A stretch of DNA of 26,802 bases from Catajapyx aquilonaris. Lineage: Eukaryota. Position numbers and translations under genes: made by a program. The stretch's first letter is position 1. Every line of letters starts with the position of its first letter. Of this stretch, positions 1 to 14,990 are shown one piece after another. The notes below the pieces were generated by a model. That model had not been told where the DNA came from, did not search any database, and worked only from the letters and a program-made list of their open reading frames with translations. The stretch covers positions 62,001 through 88,802 of the forward strand of contig KZ538277.1 in NCBI GenBank assembly GCA_000934665.2. Reading direction: 5' to 3'.

Positions 1-1789
1 ATATTATAATGTAGCTTATTTTAATGTTAAAAGCCATTGCAACATGTTGATATTCTTAGTCATATCACTTAGACTATAATGCGCAAATATTAAATTTATC
101 TGCAAGAATAATGTCGATGACGGTGATGATTACAAATCTACTTAAACAATTTCATTGAACCATACGAAATTATTTTAATAATATATTTGCCAGTTTTAAT
201 ATTTTGTATTAATTTCAGCATGGTTTTGACCAAAATAGTTTATGCGAAGCTACTTTTCAAAAAAAAATGCAATTATTTATTATAAAATAATGTCCTATTA
301 TTTACAATATGATATTATTCGTGCTAATGAAATATATTTTTATTTTCACTTAAATATTAGTGTCAAAATTTAATTATAAATAAATTAGCTTCATTGAATG
401 CAGGCCAGAATGTAGTGTAATTGTGGCAAAAATGGTATGTAATTGTATGTAATAATTGTATGTTCGATTGACCAGGAAAGTGATCAAAAATGAAGACAAC
501 ATCCCCGATCGTAATATTGATGCCGACCTCGTATAATACCGTTAATTAAAGATTTGCGCTTGATTTTCGTCCATACAACCGGACCTAAATTTACGCGTGC
601 TTTATTTTACCCTGTCACATTGTAATGCGCGACGGTATAACTTGTTCCAGCAACAGAAAATGATTAAGAGAAAATACTTCAAATGCCATTTTGTAACAAA
701 ATTTGAACGATTCAAACGCATGATGACACAAGGTGAATATACAGTAAATATTATGGGCTCGATACTGCTAGTCTGAAGGTTTCCGTACATTATAGAATTA
801 TGCAAACTTCTCTTCAGTTTATTTCGTGTAGGGCAATATTTCATTATTAGTGTTTGAAGTGATGGCTTCATGTTGAAGTAGATTTAATTGAGGAGTTTTG
901 TTATTGCACTTTTAACCTTCAAAAACTGCCCGTAGGCCTATCTGTGGTACCGTACACATTTTATGTAGAGTTCCAAAGGCAATATTTACGTTCAGGCCTA
1001 TATGATGAGATGTGTTTTTTAATTTTTAAAATTGCAATTATTATAGTGCAATCAATTTGAAAATCTTTTAAAAGATTACTGGATAGGGACATACATCAGC
1101 AAGTACAAAACATGTTTGGTAGTTCCATATGTGATTGTGCCGCAATCAATTTTGGATTCAACTGCATGTTATTATTTGAAATACGAACTGTAGTTAATAT
1201 TATGCTATAAATGCTGGCTGTAACTGAAGGCAAGTCAAGCGTTCCAGCATATGCTTTGGCGTGGATTACGTTGCTGTACTGATTTATGATCATCCCTGCC
1301 TCAGTCCACACCGGAATAAATACCCATTTGCTGCCACACTGACATTTGTAGTTATGGTGAATGGTAGGAAACAATTGATTTTGAGTGGCAATTACGCTGG
1401 ATCCCCATTTCAGTCAGCAATAATTGTGTACACTTTGCACTGTCAGAACGTGTAGACACTGATATATAGTATATTCACTTATAAGTGGGGGAAGTCAGAA
1501 TTGGACAATTATGAAAACCGCCGAATGAAATATATTTTATATGATTGCCATATACGTATTACAAGCATTGTCATGGTTGTATAAGGTTTATCGATACACT
1601 TTCCACGATCTATGATGAGGTAATTATTAATCTTCAAATAAAATAATCCAAACACACAAGAACGTTCGGATTTGCATTCATGTACACTATACATACAAAG
1701 TGGATTGAAATTAATTATTATGGAACGAGTTTAATTAGCGTACATATCCTGTTACTTGTAATGCCCACTATAGCTAATACGAAACGAAC

Positions 1790-1914
1790 GCATCGAAACT
1801 CTTCTCAGATGTAAAAATCGCCGACCCGGTCGGACCGGGGCGGGGAATCGAATGCACGACCTCAGAGGTGTAAAAGGCTGCATTGCATCAATAATTTCCC
1901 CACCACGCCGCTCC
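1790..1914 (-). mobile_element. Degenerate tRNA-derived SINE 5' fragment
   Basis: The minus strand reads GGAGCGGCGTGGTGGGG...GCCTTTTACACCTCTGAGGTCGTGCATTCGATTCCCC. This gives a decayed A-box region and a B-box-like TTCGATTCC at tRNA-like spacing. No TSD or tail was seen, and the boundaries are approximate. Confidence 0.4.
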
Positions 1915-4900
1915 CGTAGACAACCCAGCGAAATAGAAATGTTGTCACATGTGCTTCTTCTCAATGATTGTGTAAATTATAGATAAATTAAGTTCATTTC
2001 CAGAAATATTTAAACAATGTAACAAAATCGTTCCGGTGCTAACAACGAGCTCGTTAGTAATTTTGTTATTTCATCTAGCAAGCTTTTGGCATAATTGCAA
2101 TTATTAATTTATAAATTAATGAAGCGGTTTTGTTTCACTGACAGGATAAGAAGCCGAAAATGTTAAACGCCCTGTGCAGCGTACAGGGAATGTCATAATA
2201 ATATTGTACGACTACAAGAACACGGTGATCAAGATAAATGAAACATGCAGGGTGACGATGTGTGGCCCAGGCCACAGTATTTGCGAGAAACTCATGTTAA
2301 AAGTCCCATTTTTATTTGTTACTCATTGTTATAATCCACGTTTATACCAAAATGTGACAATTTTGTGATTGTCATTCCTTGTGTAAACGTGGCTTATTAA
2401 TAGTAATTATTAATTAAACTAATAGCAGTGAAAATGCCATTACGCTTTTCTCACATATGGGCCGCATGTTGTCTACACATGTCAATTTTCTTGGGTATTG
2501 AACGGCCACACAATTACGAAACACCCCTGCCTGCATGATGCGGTACTAGTTTAACTAAATTATAGCAAAAACTGGATTTGTCTTCAAGATTGTACGTTGT
2601 ATTTAGACGTAGTAAATATTGCGTACAAAACCATTAGACGCATTTACATAGCCGAATACACTGTATCATTGCGGCTGAAAATATAAGTGCTATTTCTAAA
2701 CATCTGTATTAGATCTGCTTTTTTTTATCCGCTTGGCTGTTAGCCCCCAGCAACATGCAAAGACCCAATAAAAAATAGTGCCCGGCCATGCTAGTAAAAA
2801 TGCTAAGAAAATAATGTAACTCATTTCATTCCCTGCTCAAACACATTCTAGCCATTAAACTATCAGAATCGCATCTTTCAAGCAGGATAAAACCAGAGCG
2901 AAAACATGGAAACGAAAGAAATTTGCATTGAAATGGCTACCCGGTTTGCATGTCCTTTTTAACTATCCCCATAAAGGTGAGATCCTCGATGAAATAATCC
3001 GACCATGAATCGCTTTTAATGTCCAGTGTTCACCTGAGCTCAACAGCTATAAAACTATGATCCTGGAATGATTTGTGTGCACAACTTTTTCCAACCTGTT
3101 CCTTGTTGACCTTAGTTTTTTGGGGGGGAACATTCTGCAAATATTTTTGTATTCCACATAAGGAAGGATAGAAAAAAATGCGACAATGTGACGACAGAAG
3201 GCAAGTGCTACTGGATATAAAGAAAATGTTCGGCAAGCATGTTAGGAGGGGGGCTGGCTTTTGAATGTGTATAAGAGGCCGTTTTCTCAAGACCCCGCGC
3301 TGTATAAGTCGTGGAAAAAAGGGGGCCGCATTTTGAGTAAAGACCTGAAAAATTCTCTTTCTCCAGCAGAATGCAGATCAGGATTTACAGTAGGATTTAG
3401 GACTTGAGTCGAAGCACAGTGATTCTGAGCTTTTCTGGCCATGTTAGAAGTGGAAACAGCTTGGAGAGAGAATCAAGCTTTGTAGCTAATGTGGTTGCGT
3501 TAGAACTGATTCGTACAGTGTGCCAGGTAGAGCATATAATTGTCTAGTACCCGGCTATAAACCTCCAAATGAAAACCTTGTATGTAGACGAGTCAGGTTG
3601 AGCTGAAGTGTTCATATTTTACTACATGAAAGCAATTTTTTTTCCCCCTCTACCTCTTTTGCACACATCTCTCCCCATATACTACCTCCCTCATGCTCTT
3701 GAATTGTCCACTCACACGCATGCACAAAACCCCAGAGAGATGAATGATGTTTGCATTGATGATCGATGGCGAGCCGTCGCCGTGGACAGCCCTGGCCATT
3801 ACTATTTCACTGTTTAATTTACACTATAACAAAGTATTAAGCTTCCCACAGCACACGCACAAGTGACATTTTATAGCGATGGCTGCCAAATTTCACCTCT
3901 TGGGGTCCACGTCAATCCACTCAACGGATGAGCTTTCGCTTTTTGTCAAATGGGGACCAAGCCAGGCGTTACCACCTATTGCCCAAAAACCGGTCGCAAA
4001 AAAAAATGGCGCTTCGTTTTTGCCAACGAGTGTAGAAATGCATCCCTGCCTGCCTGCCCCCATACATTGTGCAACGTACCAACTTCATTTGGGTGCAACG
4101 CCCACATATCACATTCAATCGTCCAAGCATGCATGGATGCACACATCGCCCTGCTGCACAAAATATTCCAGGGAATCGAGGGGAAAAAGAGCACCCACCC
4201 CAGCAGCACCCACCCAACCCCCCTCGATCCCCCCACGAGCTCACTCTTGTATACCGTTCGCAAGCCTAGTCTATTATTTACCGTCATCAATCATGGCCTC
4301 TGTCTCGCGTTGCACGCTTTTTCTTTGTACGCACCGGGGACAAATCACAATCGTCGGGTCTGCAAAACCCCTCCTGGGAAACCCTCCCTCTTCCCCTCTG
4401 CTCCCCCTACCAAAAAGGGGAGGCTGTGTGGGGATGCCCACCATAATAATCGTCCAGTCTCATGCCCAACTGACCTAGAGTCCAAGATGGGCACTGGAGT
4501 CGAAATGTAATCAGGTGGTGAGCATTAGACAAATTAAGTTTAGAGTTAGTTTACAAAATATGGCCTCAATATTTTCGAACAATTTTAGTAAAAATGTCAG
4601 GTTTGAAGAAAAATACCTTACCTTTGTTTCCAAGTGTGAGCCATCAGGATCCGAACATGGCGTTGGAGGCGCGAAGATTGAGAGGAAGAAACGCGTCACT
4701 TTAGAAGGGCCAGAATCCCAGACTTCCACATAGAGGCCCTTAACCATGTGTCATAATTGACAGACTGGCAAAGGAATTTTTTTTTCGTCTTCTACTCTGT
4801 TTTCCCCTCCTTCTAGTATTGCTGGCAAGCTGGGGATGGTTGTAGGAAGAACTGTTTCCAACTAGGCTTCTTCACTGGCTGGCTCCTCTTTTCAGCTGCC

Positions 4901-7739
4901 AGATGGGACGTAAAACCACATGGCTGTGTCTTCTTCGTGATAGCAGCCTATGATGGCTGCTCTCTTCGGCAGGGGTAGGTGGAGAACATGGGGGAGGGAA
5001 GAACCCAGGATTCATTCTCCACACCTCGAAAATGGAAAAATGTTTCTTCACAAGGACAAAAATATCCCTTCCTCTTGTCCTTTTTTCCTAGCCATTTGTT
5101 TCTTTCATGTGCCTATCAATCAGCAGTGTCACTGAAGATGAACGTGAAAAAATGTGCATAAGAAGTAGGAGCCATATTGTTCAAAAACTTGGCGTAATAA
5201 AGGGATCAGAAAGTGGGGACTCATGAATGGATGCAGTTCAGGAGAGGTGGGGACATACCCCGAGTGCCATCTGTGGACCTTCTTGCTACCTGCTGTTGCA
5301 AGCAGTTTGCAGTGGCATCAACGAACCCTACCCAAGCAGCATGTCAGTGCACTTCATGCTGAAAGGACATCCTGTTCTGTTATATTATATAGATATTATT
5401 TTTTTAAATTTTAAAAAAATGGGTATGTATCATATAAAATTCTGCCTCTATTTTACAAGCTGGTAGCGATTTCTGTGTTTAACTAATATTATTGTATATT
5501 AAGCGTAACATTATTGACGTTGAAATAATCTAGGAAGTTTGTGTAACCAATGGAAGCCTGGCTTGCAGTAGACATGGAGGGGAGAGCTTTGCGAGACGAC
5601 TCCAAAGCTCTGCAAAATATTGACGTGTGCCTGTCTGAGCGTCGGAATTTCTCTGCATTGATTTTCTGCTGAAATGACATTAGCTCACCTGTGCAGCTTC
5701 TGCTCAGGATCTCAATTCTGACGTTCCTCTCCCAGCATTGCAGCAGTATTGAATTTTGTGCACAAATATTATAACTCGTACTTTTTTTCGTGTTTTGACT
5801 GAATTGATTTCAATCGTGATTTTTAACTTTTTGATATATATATATAAATGCAATTTTTTTCACGTAAAGTACTAATTAATTGCTACAATGCATTGACAGG
5901 TTATAGTTTTGTCTTAACTATATTCACTCGATCGCGCTTAAAGGCATGACAGGGACTAGAATATTGTGACGAAGATGACAATCACATGTCCAATAAGGTG
6001 TCAGACGCAGTTAGATTGAAGCTTGCTGTTATGGGGGTACTTTGAGCCCATCCTCTGATTTTTGATGCATGGTCCAGCACTGCAACTCAATTTTCCTAGA
6101 GATACCAATCCATACGGTTGAGGGGAAAAGGTGGAGGCGCTAAACACAAGTCTCTGACAAGTCGTTTTATTTTATCCTTGTCTGGAGTGGCAGCTGAGGA
6201 TTGCCTCTTCAAGCGAAACGGTATATTATGAAAGGGGCCTTGCACCAAGAGAAAGATTGAAGAACAGCCTCGGTTCCATCCGACATGATGTTTCCAATCT
6301 TGCTCATTGCATGCTGTCTTGCAGCAGGTAATTGGACGTTTTCTTGACAATCTTGGGACGCCGTTTTGATAAGGCTGTACGTTTCCAGGCAAGCTGTTTG
6401 TTGGGCAACCTCCGGCAGATGGCCTGTTTCAATGGCCGTTGCTATTGATCCCCTGCGCACAGGGAGTAGGCAGAAAGGGACATCCATACACGCAGCAGGT
6501 ATGATGGCCACCGCAGAATGTCAATAAAAGGCGGCAAGCAGCAACAAATCAGCGAGCTGGAGAAATGGCTGCCATCAACGTGGGATCCATCCGCGCCCTA
6601 CACTCCTAGGTGAATATTTGACCAGGTGGACTTTCGCCCTCCCCCCCTTTTTATCACCTGTTTTTTAAACCCTCGTTTCGATGGCACCAGTTAGAGTGCG
6701 CTGCTCGCGACATCTGCAAGCGTCTTCTTGACTAGGCCTGGCTCCATATGTCTGGGTGCGTCTGCGATATGCTGCTTGAAGGCTGCAGGCAAGAACGAAA
6801 GACTGGGGTGCAGGAGGTGCCAGGCAAGGTTCCAAGTCCTTTTCATCTCTCTTAACTTGTGTAACCGTGACCGTGTCGCTCAACACGTGCACGTACTTGT
6901 CCCTTTTGACGCCCTTTGATCTGAGGGCTGGTTATGTGTGTATCAAAATACGATATTATCCCAGCCTGTTGGCGGACTATTATGACCTAAATATTTGCGT
7001 AATATGTTGTGGAAGATCAAAAAGAATTTGATGATATCAAATTGGTCTGAAATGTAGCTGAAACCTAATTTATCATTAATAGATCTTTAAAATTTCCAAA
7101 TATATAAGATACTTATTGGCATGCAATTAACGTACGGTAGATGTTTTATACCAATAAGCATGCTTTAATGTTCCCTATATGACTGCATCATCGATAACAA
7201 ACAAAAGCAACACATCAAGAATGGGCGCATTGAATTAATTGTTTTTGCGATAAATTGAAGTTTAAAAATAAAAGTTTTAATTTTTACACCCATTTGTTTA
7301 AGTTCAATTTATTTTGTTTAATTTCTGCTATAAATAAAATTATTCATCAATTAGAGTAGCATTGTGCTCTAATTTTATGGTACTCAATAAATAGGAAATG
7401 AATATTTTAACACTGAATAATTTTTATTAAAATTGTGCAATCAAATTAAATAAACATGCAACAGCAATATTTTCAATTTCTTTGCTTTGTGTGAAGAGCT
7501 TGCGTGACAAACCATATCGATTCAGGGTTGCATGGTGGACATGAGATGTGATGCCTACATTTTCGCGCTTCTCTTCATGTTGCGTTGTGGAATAGAACTA
7601 CCCAGCTGTACTGTTGATATTGTTTAATATTCAATATAACGGTAGATATGCGTGATTTATCGCCGACATTTTGAATAATTTTACTCGTATTATCAAAACT
7701 TCAGATTTGCATGTAACGAAAATGCCTCATCTGTTTGAA

Positions 7740-7760
7740 TTGTTGTTGTTGTTGTTGTTG
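7740..7760. repeat. (TTG)7 microsatellite
   Basis: Direct read of a tandem TTG repeat. Confidence 0.95.
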
Positions 7761-10700
7761 TCATATGATTTTTGTGTTTCTGTTAACTATTACTAACAAG
7801 AAAAATTCTTGGCTGGTACATGAAATCCATTATTTTGGGATTAGAAATTGTCACAAATTGTCAATTTGTCAATAGTCAAATCTTTGAGTTCCCGGTGAAT
7901 TTTCCAGAGTACGAGCGTGAGATGAATGGAACAGCAATATATTTCCCTAGAGAGATTGACTGGAAAGTTTCTCGTCCATCCCTTTTATGAGCAAGAACTG
8001 AAGATTGCGGTAAAACGGTTTGGAGAGGGGAGCGGTACACGAACGGTTCACATTGGCACGAGAGCTTGATTTATGACTTGGAAACCTGCGACTTTACCTT
8101 CTACTCATTGATTGTTCTCGCAGCACTCTGGCTCAGGGATCATTTCACAGCAATGGTTTTCTAAGATAGGATTGCTACAATATATGGATAAAGACGTTGC
8201 CCTTATTTGATGGACAGTATAACATAAAATTGCATAATATTTGGACTCATTTCAGACCATTTTTAACTTCAGACAATAATTAGTAATACAGTCCAGGTCA
8301 GTTATCTAATAGCATTATTACACAGTTCCATAAGGCAACTTCAAACCCTCTATATCTAAAAACAATCATATTGTGACCCTCACTTTCAGGTTTTCAATTC
8401 ATTTTAAGTTTTATTTTTCTGATCCTGATGTGCACATAGCGGGTCGCGTTTGTAGAAGAGCAAAAAAGAGACCAGACCATGGAGAACCGAATTTGAACTC
8501 CGGAAATCCGGCTTCGTTGGATGACTGCCACTTACTCGAACATTTTTGACCGCAGCCATTCAGGATATGACAAAAATACAACTGCTCACTTGAGCCCCCT
8601 TGTTTTCATTAGCAAATAATAGAAACAACACCAACTAATAATAATTGGGTGTTTCATAATTGGGCTTTATTATGCATGCGCAGAAGTGCGCGTCTTTCCT
8701 AGGCAGGCCGGGTAGAAAATCGCAAAATATTGGACAGAGATGTGTTATTTATTATCATTTTTTTACTTTATCATTAGTTACTCCCATAAATAAGACGCTT
8801 CAGTGTGCGGGTTAATTGTCACTCAGAGATAATTTTGTGGCCCTTATACCTGCATGCAGCTGTAATCAAAACATGGATAATATCTTCTTTACACATGAAT
8901 AAGAACTGTCAATATATACTGTACCGGTGATACCCCTTGTGATACCCTTATGCTTTGTTGTTTGCCTTAGCCCTTACAGGGTCTATAGAGACAGCATAAA
9001 AATCACTTCGAAGGCAAGCACGACAATAAGATAGACCATGCACGACTTGCAGGATTGCTAGTGTTTTCTGCACGGTATAATATCCTTCATGATACGATCC
9101 TCCAATGATACATCTGAATCTGAAGCATAACCAAGCCCAGTGTTTAGATCACGACTAAATTAGCCCGGGTCTTTTCCACCAGTATATTTTATTTTGTGGC
9201 TGTTTTTGCCTTTCAATTTTCCAAGCCAATGAATTACATTTGAAAGAGGCCATAAACGTTGTCAGAGGGTGATAATGAGGTTATAAAGTGTTGTAATGGC
9301 AAAGGTTGCCAGCAGGGGTGTGCACGGTATTAAAAAGATGGCCCCATATTTCGTGCGACAGTGATCTGCGCCACTTTCCACAGGTGTCATCCCAGGCGCA
9401 AGTGGAAATGGGAGCCGCCATGATTGATGCAGTGGCGTCCATTCAGAAAAGAAGCCCTAGTAATTCATCAGGTATTTACATACTATTTAAATACGTGGTA
9501 AGTAGTAGTAAGTACAAGCATCTGGTAGCTGTACTTTTGCTGTATGTTTAAATACGATTCGTTTTGTGTTGAAGGGTAGTAGATTGGTGGGTTAGGGTGG
9601 AAGCTGGGGGGTAGATAGACAAAAGGTGGGCATGCAAATGGCGATGGAGTTGCGCGTCGGACACCATGGGGTTGGTTGTGTGCGTGGGGTTGGCGAGAGG
9701 GGGTAAAAGGGGTGTGCCTCCTTACCTCGATATCAGGCCCCTGGTGGATGGAACAGTCCAACAACCTACCCCGATCAATACTCCGGGCCTGCAGGTTTAA
9801 AATTTTGGTCCAAAAAAAACAACGGAAGGGCAAAAAGAGACCCGCAAAAGCGCTCCCCCGGCCGCGCGCCGGGATGTTGTCGGCAACGCAGGGCCTAGAT
9901 AAGCAGTCAGCTTCTGCTCCATACACCCCCCCTTACCCCTTCCTTAAAAAACCAATCCCCTTTGGATCGGATAAAAGAATCTTGGGGGATGCTGATGGAC
10001 ACTGGCCCCGCCACCCGTCATCATTTTTTGGAGGGGGTCCTTTTTTTTTCTTGGCCAACGTGCCTCGCCACAAAGAGTTGCCATCTTTGTTTGGCGGGAG
10101 TGGTGGGGATTGGCGGCTTGAGGAGCATCGTTGCTGACATTTTCGGTATTTTTAGATGGCTTTTTCTATTCTGGCATGTGCATGTGAGTGGTGGGTAAAT
10201 ATGGAAGGGGGGGTATGCGGATTTTGGGGATAGTTTTTGTAGTGCATGGTCAGTGGGTATGTAGGGGTAATGTCTTTTGGTGTTAGGCGTTTTGCATCTT
10301 AAAGGTGTTATCCATGGCAGAATTTGTTGTGATGGGTATAATTTGATTATAGATAAATATTTTGTTAATAGTAAGGGTAGGACTGCATATGACGCCGCCC
10401 AATATTTGTCGGGTGCGCAGTGATATTGCGCAATGGGAGATACTGTTCTACAGCAGCATTTTTAAAGAGCGATAAGTAGTGGCGAAGAATAAATTGAACA
10501 CCCTCGAATGGTAAAGAAACTTAGGCCCAAATAAACCGAACGTAATTGCAAAGCAGTTTAAATCAGAATATTTTCTATAACAATGTCCAATTACTTTCAA
10601 GTGAATTCTTTTTGTCAACGCTTTCTATAAAATAACAGAAAGTCTGACGGTAGATGCGCATTTAAATATTGCATATTCAAGAAACATCCAAAGGTCCCTT

Positions 10701-11779
10701 TGTTCCTAATTAAATTTTACAATTGTAACTTTTTTCACAAAAATATGCAGTTACTTCACCTCAACGCATTATTTGCGTCAGTTCGAGTCAGTTCGAGACT
10801 ATTTATAGCGCTGTACCATATGTACGAAATTTTTAAACTTCCTAATACTACTTCATTCTTCTTGTTACAAATAAACCAGAGCAGATATTTTTTTAAACTA
10901 CAGGTCCATCTGGCTTAACATCGCACTACAAATTTGTAAACAGTGTTAATTATTAAATAATTATATTCAAAATGAACCGTATAATAGCTATTGTAGTATT
11001 GCAAGGATGTGAATATTACCGGAATAATCAGAATTGTTTTAGTTAAATTATATTTAAAAATCAGCTGTACGATGAAAGGAATAATCTCGGAACATATTGT
11101 ATCCTGTAGCCTGGCATGAAAAGGCTAGTGCACATGTCACAGGAAAGAGGTATCCTCTTGTTGCTATGGGTCCAACCTGGCGGATGCTGAAAACAGGGCG
11201 TGGCTCTTGTGATTTTGCGAAATTGAGCTTGGCCACTCGCTTCGTCATGGCGGATAGCATGAGAGCATGAATATTACTTTTGGCCTGGATCATTTGTATA
11301 ATAAATTTTCTCTTTTAGTTACGATATGTTATTTGAATATGAATTAATAGTAGTGGCTTTTTTTACTAACTGCAAATTGCATTAGATTGGCGCTCAGTTG
11401 CCTTTATACTCTTCTTTTCATTCTGAATAGGTTTGCCTCTGGATGCTGTCATTTACTTCAGGCTGTGCCGCATCAGGAAATGGGTAGTTTATAGAAATAG
11501 CTCGATTCATTAAAATTTAGCAATGTTATAATTATTTAGTAGTATTTTGCAGATGAGATTTTAAACCTATTTTACAGCTTCCATCACATTTCCAGCCTGC
11601 CGTGCATTTGGCAATCACTCCAATACCTTCATTTGCTGCATAGGCCCGTTAAAAAATACATAACTAATATTTACATAAAATGATATTTAATTTTTACAGC
11701 CTAAGAACGTCTATGATAAAGTACCATAATCGATAAAACCTGTTACAGTTTTTACACTTAAAATGAATTGAAATTACGC

Positions 11780-11824
11780 ATTATTATTATTATTATTATG
11801 ATTATTATTATTATTATTATTATG

Positions 11825-11881
<57 letters not shown>
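11780..11881. repeat. (ATT)n microsatellite, about 34 units with two ATG interruptions
   Basis: Direct read. The interruptions are at 11798-11800 and 11822-11824. Confidence 0.97.
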
Positions 11882-14800
11882 GCATACGTATAATTAATAT
11901 TTTTATTTCTCCATGAGATAGTGAAATGCTTTCACTTGCAACAAATTAAACTGTAGCTGTATATATTTACATGCTTGTTTGTTCATAGTATTGTTATTTA
12001 TAATAAGACCGAAAGTATGTCATTTGATAGTGTGCAGCATAATAAGGATATGATGTAAAGGTTCTCAAACACGCTGAAAGTAATGAATGCGATTTGTATT
12101 ACAGCAGTGAGTGATAGTGCTGACGCAGTAAATAGGCCTGATAATATTTTCATCTTTTATGGACCTGGCTACATTAAAATATTATAAATACGTGCCATAT
12201 ATTAATATTGATACTGATTGTGAAACACTTGGCCTTGGGAATTTGGTTGATAGAATTAAAGGACTAATAGGATCAAGTAAATAATTCCTGAAAAATCCTC
12301 CTGTCTCGTTTAAAAAATTTTAACAACCACCAGGGCATACACAATCATGGCGACAGCTATCTAATCCAATCTGGTTTAGATCGTGCGTTTTTAAAATCCA
12401 GGAGATGGGGTTTGAATACGAAATAATCCTGCTGAAGTATGCCATTATTAATTAGCATCAGGGCCATGTGTGCGAGAGAAGGTTCGTGTTGCTCACCTGT
12501 CAGACAAGGTTGGAATAATTAAAAGTGAATGTATAGGGAGAATATTTTGCATCGTGCGTTCAAATGGTCATTTTAAATGTGCAGTAGTTCTCAGTTACAA
12601 AGAAATAGCCCCACAGTAAACTTATATACCATTTTACGCGTAAAATATATTTTCAGTGAAAGCATGGATTTCATTAAGATATTAGCCTATATTCGGCATT
12701 TGAAATATCACTATTCAGTGAAGAGAGCCAGTCTTGTTCAGAATGTAGGCACAAAATAAAATGCATATTCAAATGAAAGGGACATAACAAAACTAAGAAG
12801 AAAGTCTTATTCAAACGGGTGGGGTTCACAGTCATTTGCAGCCTTTTGCTTGTATTTGTAACTGTAAAAAGTTATAGACCAAAATTAATGCTTTGTGCCA
12901 TTTTGCAGAGAGCTATGTGACCTGCCAGAAACTATTAATAAGGCTCTTCTACAAGAATTACCTTCTGGTAAAAGTAGTGAAAACGTCGATCCTATTCCGC
13001 CCGCTTGACGTAATAAAAAGTTTGAAATGGACAGGGTTAGTGTCTAAATCTGAATATACGGGATGAAATTATGATAAATTATTAACTAGAAAAATTATAC
13101 AAGTTGAATTTATTTCAAATAACCGTGTCGATTAATTTTTTCGCACATAATTTATATGATGTAGACTATAGCTGAATAGTTTTTACTTCCTGCTCGTTTT
13201 TAGGAAGACTATGGTAGCCTGTTGCGCAGTTTTTAAAAGAATAGATACACCTCTTTCAGTTTGTAATATGATGTTAATAATCTATCCGTAACCTACATTT
13301 GCAATCAAAATTGAAGAATTGACATTGTTATTAAAAGCTTTCAAAATAGAGCCTCATGAGGGTTTCAATATGGTTGTGATATTGGCTCCCATGCAGTAAA
13401 ATATAACCTAATTGTTATATTAATGTAATATGATTATTGATACAGATCTTCACTGGCAAAGCTGCACTGAAATGGCTTACAAGATTGCAAGAAGAGGAAA
13501 TAGTAGGCCTATAAAAATTATTTCTTTACAAACCATTTTGAAAAATTAATAATTTAATAAGTATTGTGTACTGCAGATGTAAATAGCAGTTTTGTTTTAC
13601 ACGTGAGAGTAATAATCATATCAAATAAAAATTCAACGTGTATAGGTGCATGCTTTAAAATAGTAACTTATGTGTTATGTCAACTACATAACAAAAAGCA
13701 TACAACTTATGAGGTCTTACACCTTGTGACGGAGAATATAAGTTATTATCCACAATAATATATTTTTTGCATTTTTACGTGGACATTGTTGGCCGAATAA
13801 TTTTTCTAGCCAAATACTGCGTATTGCAAGTGAAAGTGACACGAACAGTAGACCTATTATTTTTTATATTCTATATTTAAATTATGTTTCTAGACCAAAT
13901 GACAAAATAGCCCTATAATTTATGAATTATTTTAATTGCGATCATGATCTCATCATTGCCGTAATTGCTGTTCAGGTCAACATTTGGTATGCAAATATTG
14001 CAAAGAAAGTCATTGTTAGTGCCTTGCTTATTGAACACCTGCACATATATCAAAATGATAAGCTCTGGTGGCTTTATCGTTGTTCCAGCGTTATATTGTT
14101 GACAAAAGGTGAGCGGATCTCATTATCAGCTGTACAAAAAAAGTGGGGGAAGTGGACGGGGTGCCCACATCCCCCTACCTACGGCCATAAAAGGTAAAAA
14201 AAAAGCCCTATACTGCATATGAAAAATAAAGGGCTCTTTCCATTCATTGTGCCCTAACTCGTCTGAAGATATTGTCACCAATAGGTAATGTTAAATGCCG
14301 TCAGCCATGACGCGATCATTAATTTCCACCTATATAATTATGGTGCAAGTGTGAGTTCTGGAAATGCTGGACATGCACTTGCTTCGTCAATAAACGCATA
14401 CACATCGGTGCCAGAAAGTCATTGACATGGTACAGGCCCAAGGGTGTGATAGTTGAGACAGAGGGTTTTTTTTCTTCCCTCATTTGTCTTTAGTAGCGTT
14501 ATCCGCGTGCCATCAGAAGCCATCAGCCAACACTGGGCGATAGTATCTAGGCACCAGATTCATAATTAATGATACATTAGTAGATATTCCAAGAAACACA
14601 CAGGCCATGACTTCCGCCGCGCCGTTCCTACCAACGAACCTATTTGACAGCTTGATACAAGAGGCTTCCTTCAGAAAAGAGGGAGGGGACTATACTTCAG
14701 AAAACCAAACACAAATTACAAGAAAATATTGCAATATTGAAATTAGCATGTGCCCTTCATTTATGGCAATTACGATCGTGACTCGGGAGAATTATTGAAT

Positions 14801-14911
14801 TTATTAGATTACTATTCCCCTTGATTATGAAAATGTTTTAGTTTATGGTTCAATTACTGTATAATGTGTGTGGTTGTCGGCTACATGCAAGGGGGCCCTT
14901 ATTTGCACAAA

Positions 14912-14990
14912 GGCGCCCCAGGTAGGGAGATTGAACCCACCAGCAGGTGAGAGTATAGCGTTCATTACGGTACTAACCAATTTGCCACCA
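14912..14990 (-). mobile_element. Degenerate tRNA-derived SINE head
   Basis: The minus strand reads TGGTGGCAAATTGGTTAGTACCG...GGTGGGTTCAATCTCCC, with an A-box (TGGCnnAnTGG) and a B-box-like GGTTCAATC. There is no intact cloverleaf and no TSD. Confidence 0.4.

Noticed and set aside
3879..4510. Overlapping 186-199 aa ORFs on both strands
   Set aside because: This is a GC-rich, low-complexity island that is open in several frames and has no recognisable domain. It is more likely regulatory DNA.
5190..5270. Relics of a TGGCGTA...AAAGTGGGG-type MITE here and at about 14135-14190
   Set aside because: They are too decayed, and no paired terminal repeats or TSD can be shown.
5669..5688. Minus-strand GTGAG...TTTCAG 20-nt mini-intron
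   Set aside because: It is too short for a normal animal intron, and the flanking frames give no recognisable protein.
7846..10797. Short direct repeats (TTGTCA x3 at about 7846, GTGATACCC x2 at about 8927, TCAGTTCGAG x2 at 10778)
   Set aside because: These look like local slippage duplications with no repeat-spacer or CRISPR-like organisation.
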